From: Mustelus asterias
Taxonomy: Eukaryota
Assembly (NCBI RefSeq): GCF_964213995.1
Contig: NC_135805.1
Coordinates: 45,198,001 to 45,262,000, forward strand
Length of the DNA stretch: 64,000 nt
Direction of reading: 5' to 3'
Shown here: positions 37,672 through 49,749 of the stretch, one piece after another
Layout: every line of letters starts with the position of its first letter
How positions within the stretch are numbered: position 1 is the first letter of the stretch
Program-made: the position numbers and the translations under genes
Notes under the pieces: model-generated
Told to the model about the DNA's origin: nothing
Database searches by the model: none
What the model saw: the letters and a program-made list of their open reading frames with translations, nothing else

Positions 37672-39345
37672 CTTTTTAATGGGATATGGGCATCACCGGC
37701 TAGGTCAGCATTTATTGCCTAATTTATCCCTAATTACCCTTGAGAAACTGCCGGTAAGCTGTCTTCTTCAACCACTGCAGTCCATGTGGTGTCAGGACAC
37801 CCACAGTGCTTTTAGGGAGTGAGTTCCAGGATTTTACCCCAATACCAGTGAAGGAATATTTCCAAGTCAGGTTGGGGAGTCACTTGGAGGGGAACTTGTA
37901 GTTGATGGTATTTCCATGAGTCTGCAGCCCTGGTCCTTCTAGGTGGTAGAGGTTACATAGAAACGAGAAGCAGGAGCAGGTCATTCAGCCCTTCGAGCCT
38001 GCTCCGCAATTCATTTTGATCATGGCTGATCATCAAATTCCATATCCTGATCCTCCCTTCCCCCCATATCCCTTTCATCTCTTTAGCCCCAAGAGCTATA
38101 TCTAATTTCTTCTTGAAATCATACAACGTTTTGGCCTCAACTACATTCTGTGGTAGTGAATTCCACACATTCACCATCCTCTGGGTGAAGACATTTCTCC
38201 TCACCTCAGTTCTAAAAGGTTTACCCCTTATCCTCAAACTATGACCCTTAGCTCTGGACTCCCCACCATTGGGAACATTCTTTCTGAATCTACCCTGTCT
38301 AACTCTGTTAGAATTTTATAAGTTTCTGTGAGATCCCCTCTCACTCTTCTAAACTCCAGTGAATATAATCCTAACCGACTTAGCCTCTCCTCATATGACA
38401 GACCTGCCATCCCAGGAATCAGCCTGGTAAACCTTCGCTGTGCTCCCTCTATAGCAAGGACATCCTTCCTCAGATAAGGACACCAAAACTGCACTCAATA
38501 CTCTAGGTGTGGCCTCACCAATGCCCTATACAATTGCAGCAAAACATTTATATCCCTATACCCAAATCCTCTCGCTATGAAGGCCAACATACCATTTGCC
38601 TTCTTTACTGCCTGCATTACCTGCACGCTTACTTTCAGTGAATAATGCACGAGGACTCCAAGGTCTCGTTGAGTATCCACCTCTCTCAATTTACACCCAT
38701 TCATATAATAATCTGTCTTCCTATTATTGTTACCAAAGTGGGTAACCTCACATTTACCCACATTATACTGCATCTGCCATGCATATGCCCACACACTCAG
38801 CCTGTCCAAATCACGCTGAAGCATCTCTGCATCTCTGCAGATTGTGGGTTTGGAAGATGCTGTTGAAGGAGCCTTGGTGGTTTGCTGCAGTACATCTTGT
38901 AGGTGATACACACCGCTGCCATTGTGCATCAGTTGTGGATGGGCTGGACGTTTAAAGTGGTGGATGGGGTGCCAATCAAGTGACTGCTTTGCCCTGGATG
39001 GTGTTGAGTTTCTTGTTGTTGGAGGTGCACTCATCCAGGCAAGTGAAAAGCATTCTGTCACACTCTTGACTTGTGCCTTGTGTATGACATACAGGGTTTG
39101 AGTTACTCTGCAGAATTTCCAGCCTCTTATCTGCACCTGTAGCCACAGTATGGCTAGTCCAGATCAGTTTCTGATCAATGTTAAGCCCCAGGATGTTGTG
39201 ATTCAAAAATGGTAATGCCACTGAACGCCAAGTGGAGATGGTAGGATTCTTTCTTATTGGCACTTTTGTGGTGTGAATGTTACCACTTATCAGGCGAACC
39301 GTGAATGTTGTCCAAGTCTTGCTGCATAAGGACACAGTCTGTCTG
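37672..39345 (-). mobile_element. L2/Crack-like LINE 3' region split by a CR1 (37953-38840, minus)
   Basis: Remnants read ILGLNIDQKLIWTSH and HKAQVKSVTECFSLAWMSA, with the same tail as 40360-40432. The CR1 ORFs are 37953-38237, 38234-38494 and 38495-38840. Confidence 0.85.
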
Positions 39346-40029
39346 AATCTTCTATGCAGGAATGACATGCTCAGATGACTCATGAGATTGGGTCCATTTC
39401 TGGTCAGCTCTTTGTGCTGAATGAGTATTTACAGTATCTTTCCCTGTCTTGGATGCTGATTCGATGCAAGTTGTATCCTGCATTTATCAGAATCGTTCCA
39501 GTTGAAGGTGACCCAGTTTCCAAAGTGATCTCTTTTCTAGCACAGGGTAGGTTCAGCAATATTAGCGTAATTGGTCTCTCGCACAAGACACTGTGCATAA
39601 GCAGTTGTTCAAAAGAAGCAAATGTGACTTCAAAGGAACAGCATGACTATAGTCTTGTACATGTACAGTTGCTACTGAGTTACACTGGCAAATTCTATAG
39701 GAAAAAATGTTAAATGTTCAATGCTGCTACAGGAAAATACTTCAGTTTAAACATTGCTGGTCTGTAGAGACGGATTGAGAGTTGGCCAGAACAAAATGGT
39801 GGACCAACAGCCTGCAATCTTAGTGCCTGTCATTTTCCTTTGCTTCTGGAGAATCCAAATGAAACCCCATCTGGAAGTGGTTTGGTCTGTTTGTCTCTTT
39901 AACTATATCACAGTGTTGCCGCCTTGTCAGTACTTTATATAAAAACAAGATGTAAAGCACTGCAACCTTACCAGTATTAACTGGGAACAACATCTAGGGA
40001 AGAACCACTTATATGTATCACATCTACAA

Positions 40030-40432
40030 ACATTCAATCCCTCCACCACCGACGCTCAGTATAGCAGTGTGCACTATCTGCAAGATGCACTGCAGCAATT
40101 CACCAAAGATCCTTAGACAGCACCTTCCAAACCCACGACCACTTCCATCTAGAAGGACAAGGGCAGCAGATACATGGGAACACCATCATCTGCAAGTTCC
40201 CCTCCAAGCCACTCACTGCCCTGACTTGGAAATATATCGCCGTTCCTTCATAGTCACTGGGTCAAAATCCTGGAATTCCCTCCCTGACGGCATTGTGGGT
40301 CAACCCACAACACGTGGTCTGCAGCAATTCAAGAAGGCAGCTCACCACCACCTTCTCAAGGGCAACTAGGGATGGGTAATAAATGCTGGCCAGTCAGCGA
40401 TGCCTATGTCCCACGAATGAATAAAGAAAAAA
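40030..40432 (+). mobile_element. L2/Crack-like LINE 3' end
   Basis: ORF reads AVCTICKMHCSNSPKILRQHLP...RRSFIVTGSKSWNSLP...FKKAAHHHLLKGN*. The tail ends GAATGAATAAAGAAAAAA. Confidence 0.85.
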
Positions 40433-40468
40433 CCTGTGCAGTCTCTGAAAAGAGAAACAGCCAAATGT

Positions 40469-40519
40469 TACAGGTAGCAAGTTCCCTGTAACTGTACAGG
40501 TAGCAAGTTCCCTTAACTG
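40469..40519. repeat. Tandem duplication of about 26 bp
   Basis: TACAGGTAGCAAGTTCCCTGTAACTG followed by TACAGGTAGCAAGTTCCCTTAACTG. Confidence 0.9.
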
Positions 40520-40559
40520 TAAGCAGCAGTGAGATAAGTGACTACAGTGCCTGTTTTCT

Positions 40560-40832
40560 AGTGAGGTTGCTTAAGAGAAAAATGTTGGTGAGCAAACCAG
40601 GAGAACTCTCCTGTCCTTCACCGAATAAGGCCGTAGGACTTTTTACACGCACCCGACCAAGTAAACAAAATTTCTCATCCAAAAGAGAACTCACGCGACA
40701 CTGTAGCATTCCCTGGATACTGCACTGAAAGATCATCCAGGTCACAGGCTCAAGTACATTTCTGGAGTTGGGTTTGAACCCATCAGCTTCTGACTCAGAG
40801 CTGATCGGGTTTACACTGGTCCAGGGCTGACA
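40560..40832 (-). mobile_element. Old Deu-domain SINE (SacSINE1-like)
   Basis: The minus strand has a tRNA-like head (CTGAGTCAGAAG...GGGTTCAAACCC), then TTTTGGATGAGA...GAAGGACAGGAGAGTTCTCCTGG. Confidence 0.6.
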
Positions 40833-42119
40833 TCTAATGAACAGTGAAGTGAAACTCCTGCAATGGAATATCTATCCCAGCAGTGCAGCTGGAACAAGAA
40901 TGAGAATGTGTTCACTAACCAAATAGTTTGGCAGTGAAAAGATTGCAGGCAAAGTCACAAAGATAAATCACACAGTCTGTAATAAACACAAGTTATTAAC
41001 AGGCAGATAACACCATCTGTGTTTCCATGTTTATTTTATAGTTTTACATTTTAAATTTTCATTTAAGAGATTGGTGACTTATCTATTCTCGGGAACTAGA
41101 GAGCATCAAGAACTCTCACATCTGTTGTGGCATAGGCTGCATTCCATTAATGTTGAATAATTGCTTTCAATCAAAGACGGATACTGCATTCAAAAGCAGG
41201 AGGGTCCCAGTGTGCAGAGGGTTACACCATAATATTACAGGACATACACAATGAACCAGCTGCTTTGTTCCTGCTGTCCTTTGTTGTTATATATTCACAG
41301 GGTAAACTTTACAACTCAGCTCCCCAGTATAAAGCTTGGAGGTAGCAGGAATGCACATTGCAATAAAAGCTGTTGTCCGCAATGACTGTGCTTTCAAAGC
41401 TTGTGTTTCATATTTGAGACAGACTCTAACTGGGATGGAAATGAAAACTTCAGCTAACTGAAAGGGAAACTGCATCTTCAGGTTCCTTAGAGGACTGAGG
41501 AACTGAAATAGAAACAAAAACGGAAACGGAAACTTGATGTTGCTGGGGAAACTGAGCTAGTGGAAACCAGATAAAAAGCCATTTGGGCTGAGAGAGCCCA
41601 GTGGCACAGGTTGAAGAAGCCTGAAGCTGGACCCAGGAGCTGGCTGTAGGCAAATACATAACTGCTGCTGCTTCTTGAAGACCATGTTGGTGCATCCACA
41701 CCATCAAGGCCGTCATGAGTAGAGTTGAGGAGGTTTTGCGGACATGCACCATTTTGGCAAAGACTGTACCCATGGCACCTAGGCTAATTGGGTGGTGCTG
41801 TCAGCTGGGGATCAAACTAAACCCTCAAAGAAAAGGCAGCTGAAATTCTACTTGAGGAGGTTCATTGCTTTGCAGAACTTTGTGGCTAAAATTAGTGCCA
41901 TATCTGCTGAGCGCACTGCCGAGTTAATCTGTGAGAACTATCTTTGCTGCATCTTCTGTTTAATGTATAAATTATAGTTCATATGAGCATAATTTGCCTG
42001 TTAATTCATGTTGAATCTATGTTGCTTTTGATTTCATTGTTACAATTAAAGCTTTAAGACGTGAAATCTTACCCATCGGATTTTCAGTTGAAGGTCATTT
42101 GGGAAGTTTGGTTCTTTCG

Positions 42120-43245
42120 GAGTGGTACAGTGACACAACAGTTAGCACTGCTGCCTCACAGCACCAAGGCCTTCCGGTATTCTGGTCGCCATGCTATCAA
42201 TGATGCATTGGAAAGGGTGCAGATGAAATTTACCAAGATGTTGCCTGATTTGGAGGATATGGACTATGTAGAAAGGTTGAATAAACTTGGATTGTTTTCA
42301 TTGGAGTGTCAGAGGATGAGGGGGGACCTGACAGAGTTTTACAAGATTATGACAAGCTTGCATAGAGTGGAGAGTCAGAGTCTTTTTCCCAGGGTCAAAG
42401 GGTCAATTACTCGGGGCATAGGTTGAAAATGAGAAGGAGAAAGTTTAAAAGAGATGCAAGGGACAAGTTTTCCACACAGGGGGTTGTGAATGCCTGAAAC
42501 ACACTGCTGGAGGAGGTGGTGGAAGCAGATTCTATAACAACATTCAAGGGGTATCTGGATAGATACATGAATAGGCAGGGAATAGAGGGATATGGACCAC
42601 GTAGAGGCAAGAAAATATTAGATAAAAGAGGCCCTGTTCCTGTGCCGTACTGTCCTTTATTCTTTGAGACCCGGGTTCGATTCCAGCCTTGGGTCGTTGT
42701 CTGTATGGAGTTTGCACATTCTCCCCGTATCTGCGTGTCCAGTTTCCTCCCACAGTTCAAAGATGTAGGGTTAGGTTAATTGGCCATGCTATATTGCCTC
42801 TTAGTGTTAGGGGGACTATCAGGGGCAAATACGTGGGGTTAGGGGGATAGGGCCTGTGTGGGATTGTGGTCGGTGCAGGTTTGCTGGGCCAAATGGCCTC
42901 CTTTGGTGGCATGGTAGTTAGCACTGCTGCCTCACAATGCCAGGGACCCAGGTTCAATTCCAGCCTTGGATGACTGACTGTCTGTGTGGAGTTTGCACAT
43001 TCTCCCCATGTCTGCGTGGGTTTCCTCCTGGTGCTCCAGTTTCCTCCCACGGTCCAAAGATGTGCAGGTTAGGTAGATTGGCCATGCTAAATTACCCCTT
43101 AATGCCCCAGGATGTGTAGGTTAGGGAGATTAGCAGGGTAAATACGTGGGTTATGGGGATAGGGTCTGAATGCTCTGTTGGAGAGTCGGTGCAGATTCGA
43201 TTGGCCAAATGGCCTCCTTCTTCACTGTAGGGATTCTATGATTCA
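42120..43245 (+). mobile_element. Nest: V-SINE head, CR1 3' fragment (about 42200-42665), rest of the SINE, then a second V-SINE (42905-43245)
   Basis: The SINE head at 42120-42170 resumes GACCCGGGTTCGATTCC at about 42668. The CR1 frame ALERVQMKFTKML lies between. Confidence 0.85.
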
Positions 43246-43258
43246 TATTATTGGGCTC

Positions 43259-43565
43259 TGTGGTGAACCATAGATGGTTACCACTATGAGTACTGAACCA
43301 TAGATGGTCAGCACTATGGGTATTTGAAGATATGTTACTGTTGTCACTGTTGGGGTTAGGTTTGGGCTGTTCTACCTGTTGATATTGTTCTGTGGTACAC
43401 TCCAGTTGGCTCCGCCTACCTGGAGGAGTATAAAGGTCACTGCACTGCCTGGTGACCCTTTAGTCTGGTATTGTATTGTATATAGTGTGCTCCATTCTTG
43501 TTAGTAATAAAAGCCTTTATTTCCCGGGTACGATCTAGCCTCCCGAGTGATTTAATCGCGCATCA
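43259..43565 (+). mobile_element. Solo LTR (307 bp) with 5-bp TSD GGCTC
   Basis: TGTGGT...GCATCA ends. GGCTC lies at 43254-43258 and 43566-43570. TATAAA is near 43428 and AATAAA near 43506. Confidence 0.92.
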
Positions 43566-44648
43566 GGCTCCACAAGGATCATGACAAAAATCAATGCTGG
43601 CAAATAGAACCAGTCTGTTTTTGAGAGTGTCCACTCTTTGTCAGCCTTTTGGCCCTCTTCACGATAGCTTTGCTACAGTGGAGATCAGATATGCAAATTC
43701 CCCAAACACAATGCCATCACAATCTGCACTCGGATAAGTCATGTTGTGAAGTCAGCCACAGGAGGGAGTCGGATCACCGATCTAACTCTTCAATTATACT
43801 TCCATTGAGATTTAAAATAATTATATTTTTTAAACACCTTTGGATACGAGATGGATGGCTGTTTCTTTGAAGCTTAAGCAATTTGTCTGAATCGTGATAG
43901 AAATGTTGCTTTAAAAGTGCTGAGATACTGCTGGGGTTTGATTAATTAACGTCACATTATAAGATGGGGGATCTCAAGGGGATACACTTGGCTGAATTTC
44001 CACCTGCGTTTTTCACACACTATTCGATTCTTTCTTGGCAATGTCGCAGGGCAAATGATAAAACGTATTAATACTGTTTCAAAGTGGCTAACTTAGCAGA
44101 GAAATCTCACAAATAAATGGCTTCTCTACCGGGCCATGATTATCAACAGCCCTCACAATTAAAGCTAACTGCATAAGTCCTAAAAATTGCTGTTTTGGCC
44201 AGTCTAGGAAAGCTGAGGAAGCCCACGCAGACACGGGGAGAACGTGCAAACTCCACACAGACAGTCACCCATAGGCAGAGGTGAAAGAGCAGGGTGAATA
44301 CTTGGTCCAGAGGCTTTTCTTTGGCAGTGTGGGGTTTTCTTCTGGTAGATAGAAAGAAAACCCTTCTGTTGTGCTCCAGGACATGCAGGATGCTAAGGAA
44401 TAGAGAACTGCAATTAGTGTCTGTTGTGACGTTAGATGATTCACTTCCATTGATACGGCCCATATTTCTGCCAGCGCCGTACACTTGCAGAGTCAGTTTG
44501 CTGCTGAGACACTGCAAATGAAGCCCGAGAGTAGACAGATTGGAACTCAGAGTGAAACGGTTACCGGGCAAACTTTTCCCGATTTCCACCATCCTTTGAA
44601 AAGACTTATGAAACAAAAGACTTTGATTGGAGTCTTGATCATTTATGG

Positions 44649-45672
44649 GCGGCACGGTGGCACAGTGCTTAGCTCTGCTGCCTCACAGCGCCAAGGACCC
44701 AGGTTCGATTCCCAGCTTGGGTCACTGTCTGTGTGAAGTTTGCACATTCGCCCCGTGTCTGCATGGATTTCCTCCGGGTGCTCGGGTTTCCTCCCACAGT
44801 CCAAAGATGTGCAGGTTAGGTTGATTGGCCATGCTAAATTGGTATCAGGAGGATTAGCTAGGGTAAATGCATGGGGTTATGGAGACAGGGCCTGGGTGGG
44901 ATTGTGATCGGTGCAGACTTGATGGGCCAAAGGGACTTGGGAGTCATTGTTCAAGATTCTTTTAAGGTTAATGTGCAGGTTCAGTCGGCAGGTAGAAAGG
45001 CAAATGCAATGTTAGCATTCATGTCAAGAGGGCTAGATTACAAGAGCAGGGATGTACTTCTGAAGCTGTATAAGGCTCTGTTCAGACCCCATTTGGAGTA
45101 TTGTGAGCAGTTTTGGGCCCCATATCTAAGGAAGGATGTGCTGGCCTTGGAAAGGGTCCAGAGGAGGTTCACAAGAATGATCCCTGGAATGAAGAGTTTG
45201 TCGTATGAGAAATGCTGAGGACTCTGGGTCTGTACTCGTTGGAGTTTAGAAGGATGAGGGAGGATCTTATTGAAACTTACAGGATACTGCGATGCCTGGG
45301 TAGAGTGGATGTGGAGAGGATGTTTCCACTAGTAGGAAAACTAAAACCAGAGGGCACAACCTCAGGCTAAAGGGATGATCCTTTAAAACAGAGATGAGGA
45401 GGAATTTCTTCAGCCAGAGAGTTGTGAACCTGTGGAAATCTTTGCCGCAGAAGCCAGGTCATTGAGTGTCTTTAAGACAGAGACAGATAGGTTCTTGATT
45501 AATAAGGGGGTCAGGGGTTATGGGACAAAGGCAAGAAAATGGGGATGAGAACAATATCAGCCATGATTGAATGACGGAGTAGAGTCGATGGGCTGAGTGG
45601 CCTAATTCTGCTCCAATGTCTTATGGTCTTATAAATGGCCTCCTTCTGCACTGTAGGATTCTATGATTCTAT
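44649..45672 (+). mobile_element. Tail-A V-SINE with a CR1 3' fragment (44930-45632) inserted in its tail
   Basis: The tail breaks after GATGGGCCAA and resumes AATGGCCTCCTTCTGCACTG at about 45634. Confidence 0.9.
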
Positions 45673-45736
45673 AATTTACCTGGCTATTCTTCTAAACTTG
45701 CAAAACTAAAAATAGCCAAACTTTAGAATGCCAGGG

Positions 45737-46060
45737 ATGGCACGGTGGCACAGTGGTTAGCATTGTTGCCTCACAGTGCGAGGGACCCGGGTTCAATTCT
45801 GGCCTCGGGTCACTGTGTGGAGTTTGCACATTCTCCCCGTGTCTGCGTGGGTTTCCTCTGGATGTTCCGGTTTCCTCCCACAGTCCAAAGATGTGCAGGT
45901 TAGGTTGATTGGCCATGATAAATTGCCTCTTACTGTCAGGGGAATTAGCAGGGTAAATACGTGGGGTCACAGGGATAGGGCCTGGGTGGGATTGTGGTCG
46001 GTGCAGGTTCGATGGGCCGAATGGCCTCCTTCTGTGCTGTAGGATTCTATGATTCTATGA
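45737..46060 (+). mobile_element. HE1-like V-SINE, full length, tail A
   Basis: Complete head, core and GATTCTATGATTCTATGA tail. Confidence 0.92.
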
Positions 46061-46794
46061 TAAATGTGAACACCAGGTTTTGCATTTTAGAAAGGTTCTA
46101 ACTTCCATAAATGGATTCTAAACGAAATGCCAACTCTGATGACATTCTTGACTTGCTGACATGGTAATACAGTCACTCATGCTTTGACAAGATCTTTTAC
46201 TAAATAAGATATTTTCTTGTAATCTCCACTACCTGCCACCTGGTTCAAATGACAGCCAGTTTACTGCTGACTATTTGGTAGTGTCATTACTGCCAATTAT
46301 AGTTATGTCATTGTGCTAGCATTCGAGATGGGTTAAAGTCCCATCACAGCAATTTGCATTCATTTTAAAGAAGAAAGCTCAACACAAGTGCTGCAAAACC
46401 TGGATTCAGAGCGCCTCCCCCCCCAATCTTTGGCGTTCCAATTACTGTTTTGATCCCACACTTCGGCTATCTTGACTAGGGTGTTGGCATGTGTGGAGGA
46501 CGTGTGCGCTAGGAGTATACAGAGTAGGCAGACTGTGTTATGCAGACTGTGAAGTCAATCAGCCACACTGACATTTTAGAGCTCAAATTTCCTCCTAACA
46601 ACCTCTGCCTATGCACAGCATAGCTAGCAACAGGCCACAAGCATTATTTCAGTGTTATTAGGCTAGTTGCCACTGGCTGTTGCTGAATTTAAAGAAGTGT
46701 TTGGTGCTTTAAGTTGCTGAAGTTTACAGCCACTGGTTTGACAAATGCTGATCGCGATTTCAAGGATTCCACAAATGCCACCTGTTCCCAAACA

Positions 46795-48070
46795 GGCGTG
46801 CAGTAATTTGCATCCTGATTGGCCGACCGACAGGGAAAATGAGCAGAGGGCAGCTCAGAGCAGGAGACGCCGCTGGAAGAGGGAGGGCTGGAGGGCAGGG
46901 AGGAGGGAGGAGGTAGAAAGAGCTCTCTGCAGGATGGCATAACTACTCAGGGTGTCCAGGGACCAATTCTTCTCAGTGAACCTCAGCGAGAAGCAGAGTG
47001 TTTCTGCTTCACCAAGGAGGTTCTCACTGAAATCTGCCATCAACTGTACCTGAGAGCAAGACAGGGATGGCATTGCCAGTGGCTATGGAGTGACTGTGGC
47101 CATGGACTTGGATGTGTCTGGTTCCTTCCACGTGGAGCAGTTGATATTTGCAACATCTCCTTGTTCACCATCCACTGATGTATAAGGGGGGTCGCCGGGG
47201 ATCTGGAAAAGAAGAGAGGTGAATACATTACATTCTCTCTTGCCAGAGGGGAACAGCTGGAGTGAACACATGGCTCCAGACATCCCCATGGCGGAGGATG
47301 CCATTGACTGCAAGTACATCAATTTGAGGATGCCACAGGTGATGCACCATCAATCGAGCAAAGACTAGTTTGTATGCAAGAACAAATAGGCTTTTATTAG
47401 CAAAAGACTTGGAGCACACCCATGCCGATGAACTGGTCCAGACTGAGGCAGGGGGGTGGGGAGCAGTCGCCTTTATACCTGGACTGGGGAGGGGGAGGAG
47501 TCTCGGGTAGGGCGGGCAGGATGTGTCCAGGCATGTCACATATACAGGTAATAAGCTAACAGTGGTTTACCACAACAAGCCAACTCAAAGATGTATCGCC
47601 ACCAGTAGGGAGTTCACTTGGTCAATGTCCGGTGTGACCATGCTCAACACATCACACAGATTAATGCTCGGTATCCTGGCATCTGTCTTGGTGCTTTCTT
47701 CCATGGCAATCTAACTTGCCATCTGCATTTGATCCACCACAACAAAGGGTGGCTGCGGGGGTGACAAGGGCTCTTCACTTACCACCTGGTGCTAGCCCAC
47801 ACACACGTGAGCAGAGGGCACATAACAAATGCCAGGCTGTCACATAAAATGTGATTAAGCAGAGCACTGGGGTCTGCTTAAACAACGCTGGCACTACCTG
47901 GACTGCTCTGGAGGAGCCCTGCAGTACTCAGCAGAAGACATATCCTGATTCATCTTGGTCTGCTGCATGCTACACATCCTCACCATCATGAGTGCACAGT
48001 TTTGCCAAAAGGTACACAACAAACAGCAAAGGAGGAGGAGAAGAAAGGTGAGGTGGAAGAGGAGGAGGAA
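46795..48070 (+). pseudogene. Degenerate PIF/Harbinger (HARBI1-like) DDE transposase
   Basis: Ordered broken motifs: FTKEVLTEICHQL, AIDCKYINLRMP, CDH..INARYPG, GWL.GDKG, LLKQRWHYLDCSGGALQYSAE...ILVCCMLH, then an acidic tail. Confidence 0.85.
47340..47574 (-). mobile_element. Solo LTR (235 bp) inside the Harbinger transposase
   Basis: Same termini as 6517-6824 (TGATGC...ACCACA on plus). Flanks ACAGG and ACAAG match 4/5. TATAAAGG and AATAAAAGCC are on the minus strand. Confidence 0.8.
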
Positions 48071-48245
48071 TGGTGGAGGGGAGATGGAGGAGGGTTGGAA
48101 AAGGAGGAAGAGTGGATGAGGGGAGATGGAAAAGGGGGAGGAGTGGACGAGGGTTGGAAAAGGAGGAGGAGTGGTGGAGGAGAGATGGAGGAGGGTTGGA
48201 ATAGGAGGAGTGGTAGAGGAGAGATGGAGGAGGGTTGGAAAAGGA
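48030..48245. repeat. Purine-rich minisatellite, unit about 40 bp
   Basis: Repeated GAGATGGAGGAGGGTTGGAAAAGGAGGAG. Confidence 0.85.
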
Positions 48246-49749
48246 CACCACCAATGGACACCTTCACGTGTGGCATTCAGGGCAGACTTTGTCTTTCCTG
48301 AATTGACTTGTTCAGCCATCAAAAGAAATGAGCAGATGATCTCATCTGACGTCACCAAAGTTCTGATGGTCCATTCCCACCATCTCTCACAGATGGAAAG
48401 ATACCAATCAACCAATTGGTATCCAACCTTCCTGATTGTCGGATTGATTGAGGGTTAAATATTGGCCAGGACACTGTTAACCAAATGTGAGACAGTTAAT
48501 AACTTGCTTTATTTATTAGGCTCTTTTGGGGCAGTTTCTAACCTGACTACCAAAGGTTAGATTTGAACCACCAAATGAGACTAAGGTTTGCCAGGGGTTA
48601 AGGTAGTTATACCATATCCATGTTGTGCCACTTGCCATTTTAACTTGTGTGTTTCAGGCAACAAGACAGGCAGGTGAGGACCTAACTGAAATGTAGCAGT
48701 CAGAGCATGGTGATCACATTCAAACCTCCAATGCCACTTTAACAAGATCTCAGGGAGATTGACATCTGGTGTCAGCCTCACCTACAACTAGCAGGTCTGA
48801 GAAGACCTCCTGGAGGCTAGGGGATGAACACTTGTGGCTGTCTGCCACTTCAATCAAGAATGGAGGTACAATTTTTAAAGGAACCCTTGAACTATTTCAT
48901 GATTCTGTTCCTATTCGGGCAATCGATCCCGAACATCATGTTGGCAAGATCAGAGTAACCCCAGCCCCGCCCCCACACCGTAAGTTAATGTCAGGGCTTG
49001 AGTGTTAATTTAAAGAGTCCAACTTTCACCTTAAATAAGACAATGTCCAACAATCTTAACAATGAATTCTAAGTCACAAATGCCATGCACAGTTTTAACT
49101 CTTTTACTTCAAATGGGGCTTGATGAACGGGGTGTACCTTGCCTAGCTGCTGAAGTCTATTTGTGAATTAATATCATGGGGACTTTAACGTTATAACTCT
49201 CTCCTTTTGTCCAGGAGATGAAAGGACAATGAATTACTCCAAACTTCTTCAGACCTATTTTTGGCACTCTACCATACAGGTATACACGGCTTGAAATGCT
49301 ATTGGAGACTTCAATCATTACCTTTATCTTTAGTTCTTCAAAACTTCACATCTTGCCAGCTTTTTGCAAACGACTACTGCTTTTCTAAGACACAGTCTTC
49401 ACTATGATAAGCTCCCATCCAATTATATTTCACTTCCCAGATATGTAAACCTATCTATATCCACTTTTGCTTAATTGGAGTCCTATTGAGCCTGTACACT
49501 CATAACGTAATGTTCAATCTACAACTTAATCACTAGAAACCATTGCAGCCATAACCGTGTCGAGCCTGACAAGCCAAATATATCTCTTTGATGTTGTAGG
49601 GTGCAAATTCCAGCAAGGACAGGGCATCCCTTGCAAAATTACTGGCCTATGTGGCTTTGGACTACATCCAGTGCAAGATTAAGAGTCATGCCTTCCGAAC
49701 AATTTGCAAAATTGGCCGCAATATCCAGTTTCTAGGGAGGGTGAGGGAA

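Noticed and set aside
38495-39136. 213-aa ORF
   Set aside because: It is a junction read-through between an L2-like LINE and an inserted CR1.
41282-41430. Possible mini solo LTR (TG start, TATAAA, AATAAA)
   Set aside because: I found no clear CA end or TSD. The same applies to 31790-31945 and 12050-12605.
6517-43565. Two homologous LTRs as ends of one provirus
   Set aside because: They are in opposite orientation, 36 kb apart, and each has its own TSD.
44143-44655. 170-aa minus-strand ORF
   Set aside because: Part of it is a SINE fragment (WVTVCVEFARSPRVCVGF) and the rest shows no recognisable domain.
47894-48458. Overlapping low-complexity ORFs on both strands
   Set aside because: They are open only because the purine-rich minisatellite lacks stop codons.
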